64,000 nucleotides of DNA, taken from Balanoglossus misakiensis (taxonomy: Eukaryota; Animalia; Hemichordata). Numbering within the stretch: position 1 is the first letter of the stretch; each line of letters starts with the position of its first letter. The position numbers and the translations under genes were made by a program. Where the stretch lies: positions 14,740,998-14,804,997 of the forward strand of contig CM082578.2 in assembly GCA_040954595.2 (NCBI GenBank), read 5' to 3'. The notes beneath the pieces were generated by a model that was given only the letters and a program-made list of their open reading frames with translations, was not told the origin of the DNA and did no database searches. Of the stretch, positions 15,001-26,700 are shown piece after piece.

Positions 15001-17982
15001 CTGGCCCTCCAGCAAAATAATGGAATTTCAAGACACGATAATGTGCACTTGTAAACACACAAGGTTATCCTTAAAACAAAACAGTCTAAAAAAGTATAGT
15101 TACTGTTCATGATCACTAAGAACTACAGTACTGTCAGTAGTATTTGAGTTACTATCTTTAGTCTTGCCATTTACCATCACTTTTATAGGATTAATTTCTT
15201 CAGTCAGACTATCAAATGCCTTAATACTTATAGCACTGTTTTATCACAACCACTTCAAACAGATTAATCAGTGGCAACCTTGATAGTAAATTGAGAGATT
15301 GACCACATCAAAAGGACAGCAAGGGTCATAAACTGTAAAGGCATTTATGTCTAATAGACAATTTCACATCATCATGTAATAACCACAAAATTTAATACTT
15401 GACTATCACATCTAGTTTTCATGAAGTGATTGCAGATTCTGTGACATGCTTGGGTAAACCAAATCAATCTTGATGTCCTCACAACATAAAAATACCAACA
15501 GACCTACACAAAGAACCGTCAGATTCAATGTACAAGATTCTCTGAAATCTTATAGGCCTCTTCTCTGAATTCCATTCTAACATTTCTCATTTATCACGGA
15601 ATGTGCCTTAAGATGATTTACCCTTTCACCCCCATTTCACTGCATATGGGCCCGTCCATTCCTTTGGGGACAATAGGTCCAAACCAATCATGGAGAGGAA
15701 ATGGGTAAACGAAATTAGTACTGAGAATGTATGGCTTCCATTTGTCCTCTCTATGATCCATGATCATGGCCATGAATTGATGCTCTGCTTGTTCAGCCTC
15801 CAAAACTCTACCAGCAATTTCTTGCTACACGTTAGTACATTGCAAGTCTGCCAAGCAGCCTTACTCTGAGTTTATACACTATACTGTAATATTATTCCCA
15901 TCGATAAGCCTCATGGCTCAGTGAGTTTTCGCCTTGAAATTTAAAATAGCATATTTGAGTGCAGCACACCAAGTGAGCTTAAACACTGACAAAAATAGCA
16001 TTTCAACAAGACAAGTGAGATCGAATACTGACAGAGTCATGAAAAGTTCATCTAATACCAACATCGGCTCTATTCCTTGGCGAAGTAACACCAAGTTTGC
16101 GAAAGAAGAAACCATTCTGGGAAGATGAATGTTCGTACATAAACACCAAAATGACCAGTGAAAGACATAAATAGAAGAGATAAATAAGAAAGGGCACACA
16201 GGCACATATGTCTACTCTTTATTGACCAAACATTGAGAATTGCTGTTAAATTTAGATCTTTCTTTAGGCTGAGTCACCTCTTTATAGCCAGTTTAAATGG
16301 TATGTTACAGGTTAATCTGCCAATGACATTTGTACAGCATGAAATACAATACGTGATTGGTACCACGTCTTAGCAGCTGCCAGAAAATTTATAGACTGAA
16401 CTATTTTAACACTGAAATTGAAAATTACTATATTAAAATCAAGAATTCCACAAAGAGAAAACCGCTGAGGTTATTTCCTATTTTACATTTCAGACATGAA
16501 GTCATACAGTTTTTCTGTTGTTATGTTTGACATCGCAAACATTGTATTCCTCTGTTCTATTTAGGAAGCACAGGCGACAGGCGAATTGCTGGGGTGAATT
16601 TCTTTAATACAAATTTTGTGATTTGACTTAAAAAGCAATGGGAAATTCCTGCATACTTCACTCCAAGCACTAGTCTTGAAATATGAATATCTCTTGTAAA
16701 CAATCGGCCTACAAGTGCAATGCTAAATTGATATCACCGCGTGCTATATTAAGAACATTTCTGTAATCAGAAACCTACTACTCCAGTCCGAACCAGCCAA
16801 TTGCAAATCCCACACAACATACGTATATTTCATGTATCTATGACAGGTAAGCCTGCCCTTTCTTTGTCTGAGCTGTGACAAGGAGGCTTGTCTGTTCTGT
16901 GACTAAGCTGCAGCAGACCGTTCATGGAATTCCATCGTGCGTGCTCACTGAGATGTGATGTATGCCTTCGGGTTAAAACAGTACAAGACAGATGTGGAAT
17001 TTGAATAGTTGCTCTTTCAATGCTGACCAGAGTGGAGAAAGCGAAAAGAACAAATGAAATCTCACAACAAACAAGCATAATATTGCAATCTCTATAGTAA
17101 AAGGGATTCTCTGTCGTAATCCCAAGCTCTTATCTTCTCTCACCAATCAAAGTCCTGTATTTATGCATAACTCACAAACGTACCTCTGCAATACAATTAC
17201 ACTACAGGCATGCATGCAGCAATAATAATTATGCTCATATACATTTCTGTAGCACTGCAGCAAAAGAAAACTTACCTTCATATTCAATATGATGACATCT
17301 CTTGCTTGTAGTTCTCCTTCTAACAAACTTAGTAATTTTAGAAGATCTTGCTTTGTTAAATTTTGAGTTATCTTTGGTTTACCCTGAAAGTAAAATAAAA
17401 TATCAGTCTCCCTCTTATATTTGGTTGACCATGATTTGACTTTTGCAAGATCGGTGAAGCTATTGTTATTTGGTGAGCGGTACACATTGTTTCCTTTGTT
17501 TTATTTCCCATTGTTGTTTCAATCACAGTTTGTCAACATTAATTTCACAATGCAATGGTACAAGTTACAGCTACAATCATCAGTCTGCACATCATCTAAA
17601 AAGATGAGATTAGCTGTAATAATTAGTTTGACAATGTAGACGCTTAGAATAATGTCATATGTGATACAAAGCAACGTTGCACTAATTAAAAGCCGCAGGT
17701 TCTATTTGATGCGACCAGTGTCACTATAATACATTGTACAATCACGACTTCGTACAGAGTAATATGCTGAGACTTGTTTGACAGGCTCCGCTACTCGTAA
17801 TTGGGAAATTTAACAGTTATACAAACTGTCCTGTTATTCACCAAACTAGAGTATTCTTATTTAGATAGCGATCGTACACTGCTAAATGTGCCACTGACAT
17901 ATACCTCTGATAACGTTCGCACCTTCTGTGTGACCGGCTTCTTCGACTCCATATTCGAATTGTGAGCTTTGAGGTCAGCCAT
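1..17982 (-). CDS. CTTNBP2: Cortactin-binding protein 2 (N-terminal coiled coil, Pro-rich region, ankyrin repeats); 3' end outside window. Exons: 17982-17905, 17383-17276, 7358-7101, 6399-6292, 6063-4758, 1100-918, 807-708, 441-291, 138-<1
   Basis: All junctions are GT-AG with matching phases (0,0,0,0,1,1,2,0). Family motifs: LTKQDLLKLLSLLEGELQARD, GDPFSALQRD, AQDTAQGDDVTYMLEKERERL, LKMEAEMEKQLSDFDTEKEQMKAKLNREE, and the SH3-ligand-like PPPVPPNKP. These are followed by ankyrin repeats (GITPLHAAA, FTPLHAAA, GWQPLHWAV, GWTPLHSAV), which fit CTTNBP2 rather than CTTNBP2NL. Confidence 0.93.
221..272. repeat. Short interspersed repeat fragment (family shared with 26646-26699 and 15617-15709)
   Basis: ttttctatggtaaagttggacctctat...gggggtgaaagg aligns without gaps to ttttctgtggttaagttggacctctat...gggggtgaaagg at 26646. 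Confidence 0.6.
1174..1232. repeat. 23-bp G-rich tandem repeat (about 2.5 copies) built from RGGTCA half-sites
   Basis: gggtcatggggcaaggtcatttg / gggtcatggggcaaggtcattta / ggggtggggcaag. Confidence 0.85.
1337..1358. repeat. (GAAT)n microsatellite
   Basis: atgaatgaatgaatgaatgaat. Confidence 0.8.
15617..15709. mobile_element. Degenerate ~90-bp MITE-like element with piggyBac-like ends
   Basis: Ends are tttaCCCtttc ... gaaatGGGtaaa (CCC...GGG termini, TTAA-like flanks). The left end is the reverse complement of gggggtgaaagggttaa at 26683-26699. Confidence 0.45.
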
Positions 17983-18225
17983 GTTGTTGCCTTTCACTTC
18001 AGTTCAGAAATATTCCACAAATGCGGCCACTGCTCACACCCCGAAACGCCCGAATCAAAGCCAACAGCGGCTTCTGCGTGTTTCTTCTACGAGTCTAGAC
18101 CATAAATACGTCATCTGTTCCAGCTTATCTCAAATTCTCGCTGATAATCCATCTAAATTCCCGGGAAACGATCCTGTATACAACTTCGTGAACTCCATTC
18201 AATGGCAATGATGCGTCTCTGTGAA

Positions 18226-18238
18226 CAAAATGGCGGCT
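18226..18238. promoter_or_regulatory. YY1 motif in the CTTNBP2 promoter/5' UTR
   Basis: CAAAATGGCGGCT about 245 bp upstream of the CTTNBP2 ATG, within a CpG-richer segment. Confidence 0.5.
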
Positions 18239-18700
18239 ACGTAAGGATGTTTACATCGGGAATACCACGTGACAGACTGTAAACAGATATATGTCACTTT
18301 AATCTCATTGTTTCGTGCCTAGGTAATTTATTCATTGTCGATTGACCTTGACAAAGTTTGAACAAATCAATTAGCTAATTTAATCGTTCTCCGCAAAATA
18401 GTCTATTAGTCCTAGATAAACAACAAAAATCCGAATTTCTTGTTCATATATCATGTATATAGGGCCTATAGGCCTAGGCCTACTTTCACGAAAGATTGAT
18501 GTTTTGTCTTCGATGATAAACTGACTGCGGTATTTGCTTCAGCACTTCTGGGTAGTTTTCATGTCAGCAAGTTGAATTCATAGGCGGATATAAAGATATA
18601 AAAGTAATGTTATCGACTTCCAGTTTGTACGAAAATAGGGGGCGCTTCACACGTTGTCGACGGTGTTCTGGTAGTGAGCAAATTTGCAAGTTTTACGCCC

Positions 18701-18945
18701 TTTTTTTCTCGATAAATGTTACCAAAAGCTATGTATGTTAACTCCAATAGATAAGGTGTTAGGCAACTATATCGAAAATGAACGTTCTATTATACTTGTG
18801 CAGAAATCGGTCATTTGCATTGATGTTTGATTTACACTGAAACAAAGTTTCCACATTTTGCGGGCGTTTCTGGGACCGCTTTATTTTCTGACCCTTTTTT
18901 TGAAGTTTTTTTTTCTCGATAAATGTTACCAAAAGCTATGTATGT
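18701..18945. repeat. 38-bp perfect direct repeat (18701-18738 and 18908-18945)
   Basis: tttttttctcgataaatgttaccaaaagctatgtatgt occurs twice, 207 bp apart. Confidence 0.85.
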
Positions 18946-20294
18946 CTTGGAGAGCTTTGCCACACCCAGCGCACCTGCATACGACAGACAGGTTGTTTCA
19001 TTGGTTTTTTTCCGGGGTAGTTTCGTATCACCCAAGTACATGTACTACCAGTGAACAGCGTATTCTACCAATATAAGCTTAGGGCGCCATCATTAATGAA
19101 AAATTATTCTTTCGTTTATGTGAGTTGCTAGTACATGTAATGTTTGCGCATAAAGTTCGAACAGTGATCACAAACATATACAAGTATATGTCCATAAACG
19201 CTACCACGATATAGGACGGGATCATTGATTGCAATATGGATATATACATTTGTACATGTATTTCCTAAAAATACAACCATCACCAATGTGCGCGTCAAGA
19301 CACAAGTACATGGGTTGATATCTATCGTAACAGGTGGTCATACGAATGAGGACGTGCATTTTGACGCCCATGATTTCATTTTCAAAAGAAGCCAAAATAT
19401 GTCCAGTCTCGCAAGTACTGAATGGATACGTTGTTTATTCATTTTTGACCATTGATTTAACGCCCCAGTTCGGCTTGGTCATGCATGATCCTGTTTCTAG
19501 TAACACGTGGCATGCGGTGATGTCCTCCAGACCACACCTTGGTAAACCTAAGAAGGGTTAAATACACTGAGAAAATTTACGCATCGTGACTCTTATACAC
19601 GGTGCTTGTAATTAGATTCTAAGACCAGGGTAGAATCATTTCTTCGTCGATATGGAAATATAATTTCAAGTGTAACACTTGTTTCGTACGTTTGCGTCAG
19701 TCAAAAAGGAGTACTTTCGGCAGATTATGTCTTGTCTATGGAATTGGCAGATTAATATTTTTCACGATTGTCACGCATTGTCTAAACTTGATTTATTTAT
19801 TTATCTTTTTAAAACAAAATAACACAGTTATGTATCATCAAAGCGTGGAAACGAAACGTACGTGATCGCACCCGGTAGAATATGCGGGGATTAATACGGA
19901 CTGAGGTATAACATTCAACGTTGTGCGAAGCACGTAATTCTTCACACTTGAAAACTTTGCGTGTCCTTGGAAACAAATTGCATGTCCGCGCAAATTTGTT
20001 CACTTGCGAAATTGTAAATGCAGAGACACGCAAACCCTCTTATTTCGGGTGTTTAGGCCTACAACTCATCAATGCAATATAGCTTTATTGGTGAACCCTG
20101 GGGTAAACCACGCAGGAGCTAAAACAGTACTGCGCGCCTTGAGCAAGCAATGCTTGTCATGTCGCCTTCTTCGTAAAGTTCCACTATATTATGATCAATA
20201 ATGACGACAGAAACCAACAACAGATCAGGTAATGATAGAATATCAAAAAGTGAGCTTGAATTTGGCAGAAATGTAACACAAAACATACAGATAC

Positions 20295-20325
20295 TACGTT
20301 TCGGTCCTTAAAGGACCGAAACGTA
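20295..20325. repeat. Perfect palindrome with 15-bp arms and a 1-nt spacer
   Basis: tacgtttcggtcctt-a-aaggaccgaaacgta. Confidence 0.9.
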
Positions 20326-20756
20326 TGACATGAACATAGAATGTATACGTGGTTGTTGGGCTGCGTCACCATAGTGATAATGTTCATTTCATCGTGTCTG
20401 TTATCGCGGTATTGTAGGTATCGCAACACTGACGATGGTTTGCCGCAATATGTGACGGAAATGTCGAGTAGGCTGCTGAACAGAAGGACGCGTACACGTA
20501 TTACGAGTCAGTGGTTCACACAATCCATCGGTGGTTCTCTGGGAGAGCTGCGATCACGTGACCCGAAGTTACCATAGAGCGCTCCCATACAAAGTCATGT
20601 GATAAACAAAATAGCGCAGTGACAACAAACCGCAGCGCGGTATTTTCACAGGCTGAGCCCTCACTATCTCACTGGGGTCACCCTATACTATCACCGTTCA
20701 TGGGCTTCCTGGTTCGATTTCGTCAGTGAGGTGTTGTCCCTGGTGACTGTGTGACT

Positions 20757-23700
20757 ATGTCCACCATGACTGATCGATCGGGATCGGCTCTGCCGCACAT
20801 TTTACAGGAGTACAAATCGGGCTACAGTCAAGATCCGAACGCTAGGTAAGCCGCTTTTCATATTGACGCCTTTCTTTTGACGCGCACTAACATTCATTGT
20901 GTGAGACCAGTTCATGACCCCCCTCATTTGCGAAATCGTCACTGGCGTTGTTTATGACAATTAGGCTGCCCTCTTTTATTGTTGATACCGCAAAGTGATA
21001 AGGGCTTCGTGGACCGAGGTGTAAACGAGCGCAAAATTAGAATACGTGACCCGAGCTGGGGACGTGGTATTTCGTACGCTCTCAGCTCACAGGTAGCTCA
21101 GCTGCAGTATTCCACAACAACAACGACCACTTACCTATCGCAGCTCTAAGGCTATTTTTATCCCCTTTCGATCCTATCCAATATCGAACTCTGTTGTGTG
21201 AGTGGAGGTATTTTAGGGTTTCTCGACGATCCTATTATCAGTTTAAATGTTTGTTAACTGGTAATCCAATTAATAATTGCAACATTTCATCGCGTACGCG
21301 TCCCGTTAGTCGCAAACATTGTAGCGCTTTTTTCCACTAATAAATGTACGCGCGCGCGTCACACCATTACCAACGAAATGTCAATACCAAGGCCTTTGTG
21401 CGGCCCTATTTTAAGTCGATAATTTTTCTCGCTGAAAATGTCATTATTTGATATTTTGAGGCACATTTTAAGCCAATTTCCACACTGGTGTTTGTTATTT
21501 CGTCGACATTTGAAATTCATTTAAAGAAACAGACGGTTGTTAATAGCAAAACGGCAGTATTATTTCATCTTCTCCACAAACCATTATCGACTGTTCAATT
21601 CATCTTCGGCTCTTTGTTGTGTCAACCACAGTGGAAAATCTAACGGGTACCAGTGTCATTTCACTAATTGCTAATTATCAAGAGCAGCAATATATCTTAA
21701 AATAAAAAATATACATGCTGATCTAGCAGCTCTCGATTACAGACGTTTGATATCGTCAACATCATAGATATAGTAATACTTTAACTCGATCGATCCAATA
21801 TAGTAACAAACACAGAGCGATTTAAAAAAATATATCTGTATATTCAAAATGGCCGCTGTTTGTTGCCAGCCAGTGAAAATAATAACAAAACAGAGATATT
21901 TACGAAATTAATAGTGAGGTATACACTCAGGGGCACGCAAACTGATTATGCTCAGGAATTTTTTCCCTATTGTTTTTGAGCCAGCCCGGTTTTTACATAT
22001 TAATGTTCAGCGGGAAGTACGAACACGCGAATGGTTTGATGCGAAAAATTGATACCACACACACACTGCGTGTGGGGGTGTCCGTATGTCATTGTGACCT
22101 CGTAAAAAAAGCGAAACCCGATATCTTTTGTCTGTAGTGGAATCGCCTCACCCCAGCGCGACGATTGGCCAATACAATAGCGTGAATCTGATTTGGAATG
22201 CCAAAAAACAACAGCGGAAAGCAGTTATAAATTTTCAGTCGCAATTTCCTTGTTGGTTGACAGGTGTGTCCTCCTGAATGCGACGCAACTTGGAACATTA
22301 GTTCTGGGGAAAAACAATCACTTGTGGATTCTAGCTGTGAAATGTTTTAACCGCTGGGAACTTTTACAGTGGCATTTTAGTTCTATTTTTGTGAGAGTAA
22401 TAAAAGTGAACTGGTGGTGAAATCCATCACACAAGGACTTCGCCACGTTTGAATGCCCTGAGGGTCAGAAGATTTTTGTGCATCGAAAACTAAAAGCATT
22501 GACCCCCCCCCCCCCCTGCAGGCAACAAAGAAATACCGGGTGACAAAACTGAAATCAGGATGAAAACACCCCAAGGCACCAACTCCTTTGACAACAGTGA
22601 ATAGCAAAAAATATGCAGGAAAATGTTGAAAACAAACTCAGCATTTCAATTTTGTCAAAAGCTAACTTTTTGAGTCATTGTGCATCACTTGATGTCAAAG
22701 CGTACAACTATAATTTTAGTTTGATAAATTTCAAATTTGAAAATACATTGCAAATAAAGGAGTAGAATTGTTTACATACGTCTTCTCGTTTTAAGCCTAT
22801 ATCAGAAGTTCCCATGATCACACATCTACAGATATCACTTTTTTTTTCCATTCTCTCATAAATGTGCTTTTATGGTCTAGCATGTTAATGTACATATTTC
22901 AGTTTATATCATTGTTAAAATTTCAGTGTTTACACTCTATGGGAAAGACTGTCACAGAAATAGGTCATGGTCATCCAAGATGACTCATACTCTCCCAAGG
23001 CATGAGTCATTTACAACAGAGAGGAGTAAAAATAAAAAAAGATATTTCCTGTTGCCTGGCTGTGCATATGAAGATATCTTGATCACAAGGTTGATTTGTA
23101 GAAAGTGTGTAAAAGTGTCTCAGGGGCTTTTCTTATGAGTGCACTTGTCTGTAATCTGTGATAACCTGGTTCATTTCAACTGCTGACAGGAATGAGTTCA
23201 TGATGGGTAATTTTTCTCGCAAAAAAGCAGAGATTTTCATATTTTCTGGTATTGCACTTAAAGCTCAGATATGTAGAAATAAAGTTTGATGTTTTTGAGT
23301 GATTTCATCATTTTATGAAATGTACGAGTCATTTTTGTCATGAAATGTTCGAAATGATGCATTTATTTACATCATGGACATATCAATAAACAGCACACCT
23401 CATTCTGAATTGTGGCTTGTTCGTCATTTTTGCTCTCCAACCAGTAGGTGGGTTGTATTTTTAAAAATGGTGATTACATTGACAATCAATAAATATGTGG
23501 CAGAAAAAGATATTAGGACAAACACTTCTTTTTACATCCTGTCTACCCTATATGTCTGGTGGTATGCTCCAACTGACCTTTGGTCTAATGGTATGGTCCA
23601 CCAAGCAAATCTGTGAATGTTCTCATGGATTGGTTGTGAGTGACATGTTGTCTTCTAGTCGCTGTTAGCTCTCCATCTTGAAAATCCTCACGATTCACCT

Positions 23701-26700
23701 TTTACTATTTTATCATTTTCTGTGAAAGTGTTTGAATGAAGTGTAGAGTTACCTGATAGTTACCTCAGGAAATTGTCTTCTTGAATTAAACATTTGTCAA
23801 AATGACACACTACCTCATTTCTAAAACTCTGCCTAGATACCGGTGATGTTTAAAGGTACACGTTCACCGATGGAAATTTAGCTGCGGTTACCATGGCAAA
23901 TTAAGCTCTAGCCAATCACAAATTTTCCATTCTGCAGTGTTATTTTTTTTTATCAACCCAGAAGTGCTAATTAAATTCTGGGGACTAGTATCTAATACTT
24001 TTTTTTTTAGTTACTTGTAAGCCGCATATTTGGATGGGAAAAGAGATGCAAGTGAGATGACATTTTCATCAATTTAGAAGTAACAGGGCTGTTATATGCA
24101 CAAATTGTTTTCTATATTTAACCTCATTCAGTGAGCTATGAATCTTATTTGAGTTACTCATTAACTGGAAGGATAAGGAGTATTTTCACAGAAACGTGGA
24201 ATTGAGGTCAGCTCATTGCATGGATCAATCATGGTGTGAATTAAATGGAATATCACGTCATTCTCTTTTTTTTCAAATCCGGGCTGTAAAACGCTTAACG
24301 CCGTACAGTTCCACTGATCGGAAATGTGGATTTTTTCTGGCTGCCTGATATTGTGCACTTTGCCCGAAGTCAGAACCAAAATAGATTTTATTTGATATAA
24401 AAAGAAAGAAATGTCACACCTCTGCATGAAACAAATATCATTTTTAATTTTAGTTAACCTCTAGTTCCCATAATGCTCTCAGGAAATAACGAAAAATCTC
24501 TTTATAAATTTTTAAAATAAACAAAACCGGCTGACTATTCATAGTTTACTTGAAAACATTCAGTTAATGAAAAAAAAAGAATTTTCTAATCTAAAAATTT
24601 AAAAGCCTTATTTCATTTAAAATTTTGTATTTTAGCCGATCAATAATAACCTGAAAAGGACGAATATTTTCCCTTCATGATGGTCTAAATTTATTTGCCT
24701 TTCAAACCTTTCATAATCCACTGAGTTTGTTTAGATTGCTTCCTTCCAATTTGCAAATGACCTTGAGGTCATTCTCTACTGTGAATACGGCAATTAACTG
24801 TTGTCATGGTGACCATCATTGCTGAGCACTACAAACCAATGGGATCACTGAAAGACATAGGCAGGAAACTGGAATATCGATCAAAAATGGGTTGCCATAG
24901 AGACCAATGTAAACACTGCTTTGATGTCTATATGTGATTGAATTTTCTGAGGTGTTTTCGTAATGTTTTGTGCCAAACTGGAAGTGACCTCATTACGCAA
25001 GAAAATGAAAGATAATTTGAACAGAACGTGGCAAATGATTGCTTTGTTAAGTATTTTTAGAAATGTACCATCATCTTTACATTCTGCATATTTTATCAAT
25101 TGTCATAACTGTAAATCTAAAACACAATTTATCTCTTCATACAGAGTTTCTGAGATACAAAAATTATCCTCTGTGACAATTTCTGAAATTTTAAATGGAG
25201 CACAATGTGTCCACTTAAACTGTAAGATTGCTCATGCCCCCACTGATAACAGAACTATAAAATTTCATTTTTATCTCACACATAAAGAGAAGTGGTCTCA
25301 AATTTAAGGACAGTACACTTCACAAAACTGACGTGATAGGAAATTTTCATTAGTAAGAGCAGCTCAAATGCTTGTAGCAACATTTACTGGGAAACCACAC
25401 ATGCATCACTGTTCTGAATGCAAATGAAGCTGGTGACTCCCTCAGATTCATCATCATTAAAACAAATCTAGTCATGAATGGCTACTCTGCAGGGGGTACC
25501 CTACTTTGATAGGTCATACCCAGTCATTTGGCTTCCCAGATGCTTAACTAGTGAATAAAGAGAGAAGAAATGGGACCAAAAGCTGTGAATGAAGCTGGCC
25601 CAAAGTGTGTCAGCTTAGAGGAACCATAAATAACGGAACAAGTTATTTGGAGAAAATGACGCAGACTTTGGATGGTTATCAAAATATTCAGACCACAGGC
25701 AGTGTGATTATCCAATACTCATACTAAATTTCCCTTCAAAGTAACAAAAATGATTTGGAGTTTATTAATATGCTAAATTAGCCATGACCACTGCCAAGCG
25801 ATTGTATTTAATTTAATCTAATGATTGCTGGGACAATTTATAGACACAGTATCTTCCTAGACTCTGCAAGTGTTAAATTGGCAAAGCAATTTACTAAAGA
25901 AAATATAAAGATGCCTGGCATTCTTAAATTATTTTAAAAGCAGTGTAGACCACCACTTTGTCAGATTATTTGGCCAATCATTGCTCATAATTTTATATTT
26001 TTTATCAACACTCGGGGGAATTCACCACCAAGTTTATGTGAATTATATAATTTGAGACAATACAAATCCCCACTGTGGGGTAGAGCGTGATTCTGCAAAT
26101 CTTAGCCAGCATTTGAAAGCAAACTAAGTAATGCTTCGGACCAATTTGTAAGGTTTCTCAAAATAGAAAATGTTCTTTTCACACTGCTCTCACATTTCGA
26201 TTAAAGCCTGATTAGAACATGCACACTGTTGAATGAAAAACTCACTTTATTCAACCAGAAACATGAAAGGGACAGTGCGAAAAAAAGAGAGAAATAGTTT
26301 TAATAAAAGCTGGTATTAGATTAACATGAATTGCTCAGGTAATGCACACCTTTGTTGTGTGGACCACAGCTAAATCCTGATGTGAAGTAAATGAAATCTT
26401 GAATGTAATTATTATGTATTTATACTGAATGTGATGGCGATTTCATTCAACGTTTTTTTTAATATAATCATAACTGTCATTACTTTTATGGTGGTTTGGA
26501 GAAATTTTTATGCTGGTAATAATAGTACATGTCCTGTGGTGTTTGCAGCATTCATTGTACATGTATATCTGTACCTAATCAAATAACCTTTAATATAGCT
26601 GTGACTAGTAGTCACCATCTTCAATGGTTTGGTCCAAATGTATTTTTTTCTGTGGTTAAGTTGGACCTCTATACAGCGTAATGGGGGTGAAAGGGTTAAA

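Noticed and set aside
20295-20325. Palindrome read as a hammerhead stem II plus GAAAC
   Set aside because: No CUGANGA box upstream on either strand.
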